Positions 28,489 to 38,683 of a stretch of 64,000 bases of DNA are shown piece by piece. The notes below the pieces were generated by a model. It did not search any database and had not been told where the DNA came from. It was given only the letters and a program-made list of their open reading frames with translations. Source of the DNA: an uncultured Lachnospiraceae bacterium (GTDB taxonomy: Bacteria; Bacillota; Clostridia; Lachnospirales; Lachnospiraceae); NCBI GenBank assembly GCA_944384105.1, contig CALWSC010000041.1:2763-66762 (forward strand). Reading direction: 5' to 3'. The position numbers were made by a program, and so were the translations under genes. Numbering within the stretch: position 1 is the stretch's first letter; each line of letters opens with the position of its first letter.

Positions 28489-29883
28489 ATGCATGGAATT
28501 ACACTCACTGCGGCGCCGTCTGACTGGGAGATTCTTCAGCAGACAGACGGCGCTGCTGCCGTCACACTGAAGGGTTCTTATACGGTTCATCCCGCCGCAA
28601 AGGAAGTCGGGGTAGAACATGTCCGTCCGGTTTTCCGTGTCATGCGGGAGGCGGACAATACCTGCGTCATCCCCTGGACAGAAATGAGGCATATCACGAA
28701 CAAAGATTTCTCAGGAACCTTTTCCCATACTTTTTCTCTTCCCGCCGGCGGGCTGTACAGAATTGATACGAGCCTGGAGACGAAGAGCACCGTGCCGGAA
28801 CTGACATGGATGTACCGGGGCGACTGCGTTCTCCATCTCGGCGTGGGCAATCTCTTTATTATCGCCGGGCAGTCAAACGCTTCCGGATACAGTAAAGATT
28901 ACGCGCTTGATCCGCTGTCGCTTGACGTACATCTGTTCCGGAACCGCAGTCAATGGGACCTGGCATCCCATCCTATGAATGAAAGTACCCTCGCAGGCTC
29001 TCTGCCCAACGAAGAAATGGGGATTCCCGGCGTCTCCCCGTATCTGTCCTTCGGTCGGAATTTCGCATCCTTCTCCGGCTGTCCCGTCGGGCTTATCCAA
29101 ACCTCCCTGGGAGGATCTCCTCTTGACCGCTGGATGCCGGACGGCGGAGATCTGTACGGAAATCTGATCGATAAGATCCGTCTTACCGGCGGGCGGTATG
29201 CCGGCATTCTCTGGTACCAGGGATGCTCTGATACCTCCCCGGAATATGCGTTTTCCTATAAAAACCGTTTCACAGAGTTTGTCCATGCAGTCCGCAGGGA
29301 GCTGGGATATGATATCCCGTTTTTTACCTTCCAGCTCAACCGGCAGATCGGGGGTCTGCATGACGACTGCTGGGGCGCAGTCCGGCTGGCACAGCGGGAT
29401 GCGGCGCGGGAACTTGCCGGAGTCTATATACTTCCCACCACAAACTGCCCGCTTTCGGACGGTATCCACAACAGCGCGCATGCCAACGTAATGCTCGGGG
29501 AAAAACTCTCCCGCCTCTGCGCCCATGTGCTTCTGGGACAGCCTGCATTCTTCGCTCCGGATCTGGAAGACGCCAGTCTGATATCCCCTGCCGTTCTGAA
29601 ACTCACCTTTTCCCATATGGCGCTGGGATTTACCGTCTTCTCCGGCAGCGGAAAAGACAGCGGATTTTATCTTGAAGATGAAGACGGCGTGATCCCGGTT
29701 ACTGAGCTTCACTGCGCGCGGGAAGACAAGAATTCTCTGCGTCTCTTTCTCGGCAGGACTCCGGGGAAGAACGCAAAGCTTTCGTTTTGCTGGGAAGCCG
29801 ATCCCACGAGGATTCCCCCGGTTGACGAGGTAACTTATCTGCCGCCCCTTTCCTTTTATCAGGTTCCCATTTTGGAACCGTGA
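28489..29883 (+). CDS. SASA-domain carbohydrate O-acetylesterase (sialate O-acetylesterase-like)
   Basis: Motifs IIAGQSNASGY, SLGGSPLDRW and ILWYQGCSD match the GQSN / GG / WxQGE(C)SD pattern of the SASA/DUF303 family. AAAGGAGG RBS. Confidence 0.75.
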   Translation: MHGITLTAAPSDWEILQQTDGAAAVTLKGSYTVHPAAKEVGVEHVRPVFRVMREADNTCVIPWTEMRHITNKDFSGTFSHTFSLPAGGLYRIDTSLETKSTVPELTWMYRGDCVLHLGVGNLFIIAGQSNASGYSKDYALDPLSLDVHLFRNRSQWDLASHPMNESTLAGSLPNEEMGIPGVSPYLSFGRNFASFSGCPVGLIQTSLGGSPLDRWMPDGGDLYGNLIDKIRLTGGRYAGILWYQGCSDTSPEYAFSYKNRFTEFVHAVRRELGYDIPFFTFQLNRQIGGLHDDCWGAVRLAQRDAARELAGVYILPTTNCPLSDGIHNSAHANVMLGEKLSRLCAHVLLGQPAFFAPDLEDASLISPAVLKLTFSHMALGFTVFSGSGKDSGFYLEDEDGVIPVTELHCAREDKNSLRLFLGRTPGKNAKLSFCWEADPTRIPPVDEVTYLPPLSFYQVPILEP

Positions 29884-29910
29884 CAACACTTATCAGGAGG
29901 ATATTCTATT

Positions 29911-31338
29911 ATGAGCGATGCATATACTATGAACTGGCAGCAGCTGCGTCATCCGGCGCCTGACTGGTTTTCCGATGCAAAATTCGGTATTTTTATTCAC
30001 TGGGGACCGTATTCGGTACCTGCCTATAAGGACGAGTGGTATTCCCGGCATATGTATGCCAAAGGGATGCCCCACAATCTGTATCATGAAAAAACGTACG
30101 GCAGCCTGAAAGACTTTGGCTACAAAAATTTTTATCCCATGATGACCGGTTCAAAATTTGACCCCGAGGAATGGGCGGATCTGATCGTCCGTTCCGGCGC
30201 CCGGTACGCCGGTCCCGTATCGGAACACTGCGACAATTTCTCTTTGTGGGACAGTGATGTCAATCCTGTCAACAGCGTCAATTACGGTCCTCACCGGGAT
30301 GTAGTCGGCGAATGCTTTGCCGCTCTTAGGCGGCGCGGCGTCAGGACACTTGCCACCTTTCATCATCAGTGGCTCTGGGGCTGGTTTATGTCCACGGATC
30401 CGGATGCCGATGTTTACAATCCGGAAAATGAGCGTTACTACGGACCGGCGCTGCCTCTGGAGACAAACCGCTATGATCCCTGGCGTTATCCGGATGAAAA
30501 ATTCTGCCGGACCTGGCGCGAAAAGGTCAAAGAGGTGGTAGAAAAGTATTCTCCTGACGCTCTGTATTTCGACAGCCGTACTTTCATTATCCGGGAGGAA
30601 GACCGTTTTCGCATGGCAGAGCATTTCTATCAGCACACGCCGGACGGCATACTGACCTATAAGCAGGAAGATTTTCCGTCCGGCATCGGCGTATGTGATC
30701 TGGAGAGGGGGCGGTTCTCAGAACCCAAATCTTTCGTATGGCAGTCCGATGACCGTCTGGAAGACAATATTACCTGGTGCATGGTACAGAATCCGCGCTA
30801 CCGCAGCGCTACCAATGTGATCCATCAGCTCTGTGACATTGTCTCGAAAAATGGAAATCTGCTTTTGAATGTGGGTCCATACGCCGACGGTTCTTTCCAC
30901 CCTGACGCGGTAAAGGAGCTGTATGCCATCGGAGACTGGCTGAAGGTCAATGGAGAGGCAATCTATCATACCCGTCCATACAAAGCTGCTATGGAAGGAC
31001 CTACATATATAAAAGATATTCATTACGATGTCTCTAAAATCAAGGGACAGCTTGCCACAGGCGAGGAAGCCCAGGTAGAGCAGCAGACCCTGACTTTTCA
31101 AGACTTCCGTTTTACTACAGGAAACGGTTTTCTCTATGCGATCGCCATGGGATGGCCTGCAGATGGAGACTGGAAAATCCGTACCTTAAAATCCGGAACA
31201 GAAAATATTTCCTCCGTCTCGCTGCTCGGCTCATCCGAGTCGCTCAGATTTGTTCAGACGCCGGAAGCTCTGATTGTGCATGCCCCGGACAGGAAACCGT
31301 GCGGGCACGCCTATGCCCTGAAGCTGTCTGTACATTAA
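29911..31338 (+). CDS. GH29 alpha-L-fucosidase
   Basis: DWFSDAKFGIFIHWGPYSVPAY and the overall pattern are typical of GH29. CAGGAGG RBS. Confidence 0.9.
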   Translation: MSDAYTMNWQQLRHPAPDWFSDAKFGIFIHWGPYSVPAYKDEWYSRHMYAKGMPHNLYHEKTYGSLKDFGYKNFYPMMTGSKFDPEEWADLIVRSGARYAGPVSEHCDNFSLWDSDVNPVNSVNYGPHRDVVGECFAALRRRGVRTLATFHHQWLWGWFMSTDPDADVYNPENERYYGPALPLETNRYDPWRYPDEKFCRTWREKVKEVVEKYSPDALYFDSRTFIIREEDRFRMAEHFYQHTPDGILTYKQEDFPSGIGVCDLERGRFSEPKSFVWQSDDRLEDNITWCMVQNPRYRSATNVIHQLCDIVSKNGNLLLNVGPYADGSFHPDAVKELYAIGDWLKVNGEAIYHTRPYKAAMEGPTYIKDIHYDVSKIKGQLATGEEAQVEQQTLTFQDFRFTTGNGFLYAIAMGWPADGDWKIRTLKSGTENISSVSLLGSSESLRFVQTPEALIVHAPDRKPCGHAYALKLSVH

Positions 31339-31364
31339 ATATTGTTTCATCAGGAGGATACATC

Positions 31365-32405
31365 ATGAACAGTTTGGAACGTTTTTACGCCACGATCAAC
31401 CGCGAGCCCGTAGACCGCCCTGCGGCCTGGCTGGGGATGCCGGATATCCAATCCCAGCCCGCACTCTTTGCATACTACGGTGTACGCAGCCTTCATGAAT
31501 TAAAGCTCGCCATTGGAGATGATTTCTATGCTGTGGAAGTGCCGTATAAGTCTCCCAGTGCCAGTGCTATTTTTGCCGCATTTGACTGGTATATGGACGG
31601 AAATGTAGATGCCGAGGAGCGCACACTGACCGCAGACGGATGTTTTAAAGACGCAGAAGAGCCAGAAGATCTGAATTTCTTCGACTGGCCGGACCCGTCC
31701 AAATACATTGACCCTGAAGAATGCCGCCGCCGCGTGGACATGGCTCCTGAAGACAAGGTCACACTTGGCATGATGTGGTCTGCGCATTTTCAGGATACCT
31801 GTGCCGCCTTCGGTATGGAAACGGCTCTTATGAACATGATTGCAAATCCGGAAATCTACGACGCGGTTAATGAAAAAATCCTTCAATTTTACCTGAAGGC
31901 AAATGAGATCTTTTATGAAGCCACAAAAGGACGGCTGAACGCCGTATTGATCGGCAATGATATGGGAAGTCAGCGGGGACTTATCATATCCCCTGAGATG
32001 GTCCGCAGATTTGTCATACCGGGCTGCCGCCGGCTTGTGGATCAGGCCCACAGCTATGGATTGAAGGTTATTTATCATTCCTGCGGCTCCATAGCGGATA
32101 TCATCCCGGATCTGATCGACGCCGGCGTGGACGCCATACATCCTATTCAGGCGCTCGCTGCAGGTATGGACGCACGCAATCTGAAAGAGAAATTTGAAGG
32201 CAGAGTGTCTTTCTGCGGCGGCGTTGACACACAGGAACTCCTGGTACACCATTCCCCTGCAGAAGTCCGGGCAAAGGTGAAAGAGCTGCGCGAACTCTTC
32301 CCCACAGGACTGATTATCTCACCCAGTCATGAGGCGATCATGCCGGATGTACCGCCGGAAAATATCCACGCATTATTTGAGGAGGCTACGAAAATTTATG
32401 AATAG
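31365..32405 (+). CDS. Uroporphyrinogen decarboxylase (URO-D) superfamily protein, MtaA/MT2-like
   Basis: Trimmed to MNSLERFYATINREPVDRP (CAGGAGG RBS). Carries the URO-D fold pattern with VIYHSCGS and a later SFCGG. Confidence 0.75.
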   Translation: MNSLERFYATINREPVDRPAAWLGMPDIQSQPALFAYYGVRSLHELKLAIGDDFYAVEVPYKSPSASAIFAAFDWYMDGNVDAEERTLTADGCFKDAEEPEDLNFFDWPDPSKYIDPEECRRRVDMAPEDKVTLGMMWSAHFQDTCAAFGMETALMNMIANPEIYDAVNEKILQFYLKANEIFYEATKGRLNAVLIGNDMGSQRGLIISPEMVRRFVIPGCRRLVDQAHSYGLKVIYHSCGSIADIIPDLIDAGVDAIHPIQALAAGMDARNLKEKFEGRVSFCGGVDTQELLVHHSPAEVRAKVKELRELFPTGLIISPSHEAIMPDVPPENIHALFEEATKIYE

Positions 32406-33075
32406 GGAACTTCACATTCTGTTTACCGGTGATAGTATTACCGACGGAAACCGATATAAAGACCCCTCTCTGGAATGGGATCTAAACCATCAGATGGGGC
32501 ACAGCTATGCTTATGTCATCAATGCTCTGCTGGGAAGTCTGTACCCTGAAAAGCGATTCCGCTTTTCTAACCGTGGAGTATCCGGAAATAGGGTTATTGA
32601 TGTATATTCCCGTCTGGACATGGATTTTCTGCGGCTAAAACCTGATATTGCCAGCTTTTTACTGGGAATCAATGACGGCCCCGGAAAAAGCCACTGTATG
32701 CGTGCAACAGGAGCACAGAAATATGCGCGTCTTTACCGGATGATGCTTGATGAGATCCTGGAGAATCTCTCCTCCGTTCAGCTCGTCATCTGTGAGCCCT
32801 TTGTTTTGGACAATCCAAAATTAGATCCCGCTTATTCCTCCTGGCAATCCTGTATCTGCGAGTATCAGGCTGAAACACGGCGCATTGCCGCTGATTACGG
32901 CGCCGTTTTTGTTCCTCTGCAGGAAGAATTCGACCGGGCCTGCCTGATCCGGGAGCCCTCCTATTGGTCCTGGGACGGCATCCATCCCACGGAAAACGGA
33001 CACGGTCTGATTGCCCGGCAGTGGATACGCTGCTGTGCCGGTATACTTAAACTGCATAACCTGCACGATGTTTAA
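32398..33075 (+). CDS. SGNH/GDSL hydrolase (probable carbohydrate esterase)
   Basis: Trimmed to MNRELHILFTGDSITDG (block I GDS). C-terminal DGIHPTENGH (block V DxxH). 8-nt overlap with the upstream stop. Confidence 0.8.
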   Translation: MNRELHILFTGDSITDGNRYKDPSLEWDLNHQMGHSYAYVINALLGSLYPEKRFRFSNRGVSGNRVIDVYSRLDMDFLRLKPDIASFLLGINDGPGKSHCMRATGAQKYARLYRMMLDEILENLSSVQLVICEPFVLDNPKLDPAYSSWQSCICEYQAETRRIAADYGAVFVPLQEEFDRACLIREPSYWSWDGIHPTENGHGLIARQWIRCCAGILKLHNLHDV

Positions 33076-33082
33076 TATAAGA

Positions 33083-33122
33083 GAGCCAGGCCTGCACTAT
33101 CACATGATATGCTGCCTGGCTC
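33083..33122. terminator. Long near-perfect hairpin between convergent genes (probable bidirectional terminator)
   Basis: GAGCCAGGC...GCA.TATCA-ca-TGATA.TGC...GCCTGGCTC. Flanks are only moderately U-rich on both strands. Confidence 0.5.
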
Positions 33123-33130
33123 CGATTATT

Positions 33131-34642
33131 CTAATTCTTCCTCTTCAATTTCCCAAAAATCGTCCTTGCCATACCCCTCTCATACTCATTCATACACCCA
33201 ATCCACATCGTTCCCGCGTAAATCACGCAGTACAGCACAATCTGCGCCAGCAGCAAAGCAATCCCGCCGGCAGGGAACACCATCTTAATCCCAAATCCCA
33301 CCGCCGCTGCGATTACCGTGCCGGCAGCGATCGGTGCAATATTCCTCCAGAATTTTCCGATTTTCAGTCCAATCTTCTTCCCATAATACCAGTTCATAAT
33401 CAGCCCGCTTCCGATAAACATTGACACTCCCGTTGAGACCGCAGCGCCGATTCCCGCGAATTGCCCTGCAAGCAATATTGTAGTTACAATATTCAGCACC
33501 GCCACAAGAAAATAAATCTTCGCCCGAAATGCATATCTGTCCACAACCTGCAGAATTGTAAGACCCAGGTTCTGAATCAGGTCTATCGTAAACGGCACCA
33601 TAACAATGAGAGCTACATAATATGCCTCCATCATGCCGTCGCCGGCCCACCATCTGATAAATTCTTTTCCGTACAGGAAGAATCCCGACAGCACCAGCGC
33701 CAGAACGTAGAACGTGATGCGTCCCACTTTAATGAATAGCTCTGAGATCTTTCCCATATCATGCTCTGTCTCATAAATGCCTGACACTCTGGGCATAAAT
33801 ACAGAGGATACCGCCATTCCCAGCGGCATATATGCCAGGTAAATCTGCGAACCGATGGAGTACACGGCCACAACTGCGGTTCCGTACATCTGCCCCAGGA
33901 TAATCTGATCCGTCTTCCAGAAAATCTGATCCGCCGCCGCTGCAAGAATAATACCGGCAGAGAAGATCAGCATACTGCGCATTAACCCTTTATCCAGCCG
34001 ATGTAATTTCACGCGGGCATGCAGCTTTACGCGGGCATACCACTGGCGCGTCAGTGCGACAATGAGATTTACCGTCACCTGGATGATCACTACCGTCAGT
34101 GCATACGGCGCATGACGGATCACCAGCAGAACCGCAAGCGGCTGGATAAGCTGTGATGCAATTCCGAGCAGCTTTAAGAATGCAAACTGTTCATTGGCAT
34201 TAATTACTGCAACATAATTATAATTGTTGATGTTAATGATAACATTTATCATCAGGAGGATCAAAATGATTTTTCCCTCCCGGATCTCTCCCATGCCCAG
34301 TGACGCTCCGAAGACCGGCTCGAAAATCACATATATCACCGCCGTCACTGCCGCGATTACTGCTGTGATTCCCCAGAAGATCATCCGGGACGTGCCGAGC
34401 GTATTTTCCATCTCTTCCGTCTGTCCAAGCGATTTGTATTTGCAGTAAAATCTCATAACGCTCGCCGACAGACTCGTCTCCATAACGGACAGATACGCAA
34501 TAATCGATGCCAGAAGCTGATACAGGCCGTATTCCTGATCTCCGATTGAGCTCAGCAGAATCGGCACATAGACGAGGCTGACAAAAATCTGTACAAATGT
34601 ATTAATATAGGAGAGAACTGCTCCTTTCTGCCGTTTATTCAT
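33131..34642 (-). CDS. Wzx-type oligosaccharide flippase (MOP superfamily polysaccharide biosynthesis protein)
   Basis: Trimmed to MNKRQKGAVLSYINTFVQIF... at 34642 (AAAGGAGG RBS). About 12-14 TM segments. Confidence 0.75.
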   Translation of the reverse strand: MNKRQKGAVLSYINTFVQIFVSLVYVPILLSSIGDQEYGLYQLLASIIAYLSVMETSLSASVMRFYCKYKSLGQTEEMENTLGTSRMIFWGITAVIAAVTAVIYVIFEPVFGASLGMGEIREGKIILILLMINVIININNYNYVAVINANEQFAFLKLLGIASQLIQPLAVLLVIRHAPYALTVVIIQVTVNLIVALTRQWYARVKLHARVKLHRLDKGLMRSMLIFSAGIILAAAADQIFWKTDQIILGQMYGTAVVAVYSIGSQIYLAYMPLGMAVSSVFMPRVSGIYETEHDMGKISELFIKVGRITFYVLALVLSGFFLYGKEFIRWWAGDGMMEAYYVALIVMVPFTIDLIQNLGLTILQVVDRYAFRAKIYFLVAVLNIVTTILLAGQFAGIGAAVSTGVSMFIGSGLIMNWYYGKKIGLKIGKFWRNIAPIAAGTVIAAAVGFGIKMVFPAGGIALLLAQIVLYCVIYAGTMWIGCMNEYERGMARTIFGKLKRKN

Positions 34643-34788
34643 ATCCGAAAACCTCCTTTTTCGCCATATACCCTCTATTATTATTGGATTCTCCTTGTCT
34701 GTCAATCCCCCGTCCGGATTTTCAGGGTATGCAAAGAATCCAACCTGTGCTATAATGGCAATGATTAAGATGGAAAGGGTGTGCTCTG

Positions 34789-35586
34789 TTGAATCTGAAA
34801 TCAAAACATACATTCTGCGTATGCGCCTATAAGGAAAGCCCATATCTGGAGAACTGCATCCGCTCACTGCTGCGCCAGAGCGCCAAAAGCCGGATTCTGA
34901 TTGCGACTTCCACGCCAAATCCGCACATTACATCCGTCGCTGCAAAGTACGGCATCCCTCTGTACGTCAACGAGGGAGAGCACGGTATCGTGCAGGATTG
35001 GAATTTTGCTTATTCCAGGGCAAAGACGCCCTATGTGACGATCGCCCATCAGGACGATCTGTATTTTTCCTCGTACACACAGAGAATTGTGGAGAGGATT
35101 GAACGCGCTGACACTCCGCTGATTGCTTTCTCCGGCTACTGTGAACTGCGCAAAGGGCGCATGGTGAAGGGTAATCCCCTGATCCGCATCAAGCGCTTTC
35201 TGCTCTCTCCCATGCGGTCGGCGGCACTCTCAGACCGTATCTTCTGGAAACGCGCTGTGCTCGCATTTGGCAATTCAATCTGCTGCCCGTCAGTGACATT
35301 TGTCCGCGAGCGGCTGCCTCAGAGCCCGTTCACCCCCGGTTTTCAGAGCAATATGGACTGGGAGTCGTGGGAGCGCTTCAGCCGTATTTCCGGCTCCTTC
35401 GTGTATGAGCCCGCTCCCCTGATGTGTCACCGCATCCATGAAGCGAGCACAACGTCCGAGATTATCGGAAATCATCTGCGTACCCGGGAAGATAGGGCGA
35501 TGTTCGAGAAGTTCTGGCATCCGGAATTTGCGCGCATACTCGCCGGAATTTACGCCTCCTGCGAGAAAAGCAATCAGATTATATAA
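34789..35586 (+). CDS. Glycosyltransferase family 2
   Basis: FCVCAYKESPYLENCIRSLLRQ and IAHQDDLY motifs. TTG start with a weak RBS. Confidence 0.75.
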   Translation: MNLKSKHTFCVCAYKESPYLENCIRSLLRQSAKSRILIATSTPNPHITSVAAKYGIPLYVNEGEHGIVQDWNFAYSRAKTPYVTIAHQDDLYFSSYTQRIVERIERADTPLIAFSGYCELRKGRMVKGNPLIRIKRFLLSPMRSAALSDRIFWKRAVLAFGNSICCPSVTFVRERLPQSPFTPGFQSNMDWESWERFSRISGSFVYEPAPLMCHRIHEASTTSEIIGNHLRTREDRAMFEKFWHPEFARILAGIYASCEKSNQII

Positions 35587-35599
35587 AAGGAGTTTAATC

Positions 35600-37579
35600 A
35601 TGAGGTATCTCTTAATGAAATACAACATAAAGCCGCTGCTCGTATGCCTGTTTCTTTTCTTCCTTCTTGCCGGAGGAATGTGCTTTTATTACGCAGGTGA
35701 TGTCAGCGAAGCAGCGAAGGAACCTCAGGTTGCGCTTGGAAATCCGGTAGGTCCAGATAATGTGGGCGAACTTGCCCAGGGGCGCACTGCCTCGCAGACC
35801 TTCTCCTACCACCTTGGAGAACTCGACGGCATCCAGCTTTATTTCCTGAATTTTAACCGTGAGAATGAGGGAACGCTTTCGATCTCTCTGTATCGCACGA
35901 CGAAGAGTTCCCGAAAGCTGATTCAGTCTTGGTCCTTTGACACAAGCAGTATTGACGGTAATGAAAGTAAGGATTTTATGCTTGAAGAACCGCTCCGATC
36001 TGCCGCCGGCTCCTATGAGATTGTCGTAAACAGTGTGGACGGCAAAGGAGGTTCATCTGTCAGTCTCCAGCTTTCCGATACAGATGTCTACCGAGAAGGA
36101 TACGCTACCGTGAACGGCAAGACCACAGTCTGCGATCTCGCTTTCGGCGTCTATGGAAAGAACACATATCTGACAACCTGGTATTTTGCCGTCTTTGGCA
36201 CAATGCTCGTCTTCTTTGTGCTGCTGTTCACAGCGGCGCTCTCAAAGGCAAAACTGCATCGCCTGTTTGTAATTGCAGGTCTTGGCATCGGACTTTTATA
36301 CCTTGCGGTTTTCCCGCCATACTCCGCTCCAGACGAGTACAGCCATATCGCAACAAGTTATGCAAATGCGAATATTATTCTCGGAAATAAAGCTGCGGAC
36401 AAGGACGGTTATCCGTATATCCGAGAGACCGATTTAACGCTCGACTCTCAGGAAATCCAGCCGGATCTCGCAACTTATGCGAAGGTGTGGACACATATCG
36501 CCGAGAAGCCGGAGAACATTGAAAAGATTACCTTTGATGTACAGAGACTTGATATTTCGTTTTTCGCCCATCTGCCGCAGTCGCTCGGCATCGCTGCCGC
36601 GTGGGCTATGGGTTTGAACGGAGTCGCTGTTTTATACATGGGAAGACTCTTTATGCTGCTGTTCTATCTCGTATGCGGATACTTTTCCATCCGGATCATA
36701 CCGTTTGGTAAAGCTGTGATGTTTCTGGTGTATCTGTCACCTATTGCCGTGTATAACGCGGCTTCCTTTTCCTATGACGGCGTTGTGCTGAGCGTGTGTT
36801 TTCTGATGACAGCATGTTATCTGAATCTGATTTACAGCGATCGGCGAGTAACCTGGGCAGATATCTTTCTGCTGATCCTACTCGCAGTCCTGAGCGCGCC
36901 GATCAAGGTCGTCTACCTTTTGATCGCGCTTCTGGGCTTCTTAATACCGCTCAGAAAATTCAACTGGAAGCCGGCTTACTTTATCTTAAATTTGGGCGCT
37001 ATCGCCGGCGGGGCTGCGGGAATTCTGCTGCAGCGCGCCTCGAGCATCACGGGCATGGCATCGTCCGGTTACGGCGGAGGCCAGGGAACAGGCTACACGC
37101 TTCAGATGATTCTCGAAGATATTCCCGGTTTCCTCTCTCTCTGCGCAAATACTGTCACAAAGCAGGGAGGAGATCTTTTCAGCGGCATGATCGGACAGGT
37201 CTTTCACTGGGCAGATATCGAGGTTTCCTGGGTTATCTCAGGGTTCTTCATACTCCTGCTGGTTCTCTCCGTGTTCTCCTCTGAACAGGATGACAGGCGG
37301 ATGACGATGAAGACCCGCGTGATGTCCATAATCATCTGCCTTGGCGTCATCGGAGGAATTCTCGTGACATTTACGCTCTCGTGGACGCCGCTCTCTCTTG
37401 ATTATATTGACGGTATACAGGGACGATATTTTCTTCCGATACTGCCTCTGTTTCTGCTGCTGTTTCAAAGCCGTATGCTTTCGATCCGGCAGAGAATTGA
37501 CAAGGCGCTTATTCTGGGACTGTTCGTAATTCACTTTTATACGGCACTCGATGTCTTTACAACGATTATTACAAGGTAA
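35600..37579 (+). CDS. Polytopic membrane protein, DUF2142-like (candidate GT-C-type glycosyltransferase)
   Basis: Trimmed to MRYLLMKYNIK. One TM segment, then a ~170-aa extracytoplasmic domain, then many TM segments. YSAPDEYSHI motif after the first membrane block. Confidence 0.6.
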   Translation: MRYLLMKYNIKPLLVCLFLFFLLAGGMCFYYAGDVSEAAKEPQVALGNPVGPDNVGELAQGRTASQTFSYHLGELDGIQLYFLNFNRENEGTLSISLYRTTKSSRKLIQSWSFDTSSIDGNESKDFMLEEPLRSAAGSYEIVVNSVDGKGGSSVSLQLSDTDVYREGYATVNGKTTVCDLAFGVYGKNTYLTTWYFAVFGTMLVFFVLLFTAALSKAKLHRLFVIAGLGIGLLYLAVFPPYSAPDEYSHIATSYANANIILGNKAADKDGYPYIRETDLTLDSQEIQPDLATYAKVWTHIAEKPENIEKITFDVQRLDISFFAHLPQSLGIAAAWAMGLNGVAVLYMGRLFMLLFYLVCGYFSIRIIPFGKAVMFLVYLSPIAVYNAASFSYDGVVLSVCFLMTACYLNLIYSDRRVTWADIFLLILLAVLSAPIKVVYLLIALLGFLIPLRKFNWKPAYFILNLGAIAGGAAGILLQRASSITGMASSGYGGGQGTGYTLQMILEDIPGFLSLCANTVTKQGGDLFSGMIGQVFHWADIEVSWVISGFFILLLVLSVFSSEQDDRRMTMKTRVMSIIICLGVIGGILVTFTLSWTPLSLDYIDGIQGRYFLPILPLFLLLFQSRMLSIRQRIDKALILGLFVIHFYTALDVFTTIITR

Positions 37580-37627
37580 GGAACGGGGCAGCTTACCGCT
37601 GCCTCTGCTTCTGACAGGATAAATATT

Positions 37628-38671
37628 ATGAGTATGATAATCTCAGCAATACTGGCGGTGATCGTCTTTCTGATTGTTCCCGCCCTGATTGGAATGCTGG
37701 CAAACGCATTCCGCAGAAAAAAGCATTTTTCCATGGCGCTGTTTCTCGTAAGCGGATACGGCGTCCTCTTTGCATTTTTTGAGCTTCTGGTGCTTCCGTT
37801 TATTTACCTGAAGCTCCCGTTTACACTTATGGTCTGGATCTACAGCATACCAGTCACTCTGTTATCGCTCTTTTCCCTGTATCTGCACCGACACGTGCTG
37901 CTCGGGAAGCTCCGCGGCATACCTGCGGTTCTTAAGGGTCTGCCCTGGTGTGCGTATCTGGCTGCAGCGCTGATTCTTCTGCAGGCTCTCACTGCCGCTG
38001 TGCGGATGCATGTGGACGATGACGATGCGTTTTATGTGGCGACAGCGACTACAACGGTTGAGACAAACACCATCTTTCAGTATGATGCCTACACAGGGCT
38101 TCCCTACGAGGAGCTGCCCTCCCGCTACGTGCTCTCACCATTTCCGGTGTGGAACGCCATGATGAGTACTCTCACCGGGCTGCACCCAGCGATCGTTGCG
38201 CACACAGTCATGCCGGCATTTTACATTCCGCTCGCCTACGCAGCTTTGTTTCTGCTCGCCTCCTGGCTGTTTGAAAAGAGCAGGATCAACGCCTGGCTGC
38301 TGATATTCTTTGCCGCATTGATCCAGATTTTCTCCTTTTACTCCATTTACACCGGAGGCACCTTCCTTCTCGTGCGTATCTGGCAGGGAAAGGCATTTCT
38401 CGCAAATGTGCTGCTTCCTGCCATTCTGTACTTCTGCATCCGCGCCATGAATCAGCGTAAGCCTGCGCGGACAGATTGGCTGCTGCTTGCCGCAATGCTG
38501 GGCGCTTCCTGCATGGTCTCCTCAATGGGCATCATGCTTGCTCCCATCGCAGTGGGTGTGATGGGAATTGTGATGTATCTGACGCACAAAAAGCTGCGCA
38601 TTCTCGGCTACGGCGCAGCATGCTGCGGAGTAAATCTTATCTGCGCGGCAGTCTATATTCTGATTCGATAG
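37628..38671 (+). CDS. Polytopic membrane protein (DUF6077-like; candidate GT-C/polymerase-like)
   Basis: 347-aa ORF with about 9 TM segments. Acidic loop VRMHVDDDDAFYVATA. Confidence 0.5.
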   Translation: MSMIISAILAVIVFLIVPALIGMLANAFRRKKHFSMALFLVSGYGVLFAFFELLVLPFIYLKLPFTLMVWIYSIPVTLLSLFSLYLHRHVLLGKLRGIPAVLKGLPWCAYLAAALILLQALTAAVRMHVDDDDAFYVATATTTVETNTIFQYDAYTGLPYEELPSRYVLSPFPVWNAMMSTLTGLHPAIVAHTVMPAFYIPLAYAALFLLASWLFEKSRINAWLLIFFAALIQIFSFYSIYTGGTFLLVRIWQGKAFLANVLLPAILYFCIRAMNQRKPARTDWLLLAAMLGASCMVSSMGIMLAPIAVGVMGIVMYLTHKKLRILGYGAACCGVNLICAAVYILIR

Positions 38672-38683
38672 GAGGCGAAACTC

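Noticed and set aside
31365-32405. Annotating the URO-D-fold gene as hemE (haem biosynthesis).
   Set aside because: It sits in a glycan-utilisation operon, is translationally coupled to an esterase, and no other tetrapyrrole genes are nearby. It also carries an MT2-like HxC motif, so only the superfamily call is justified.
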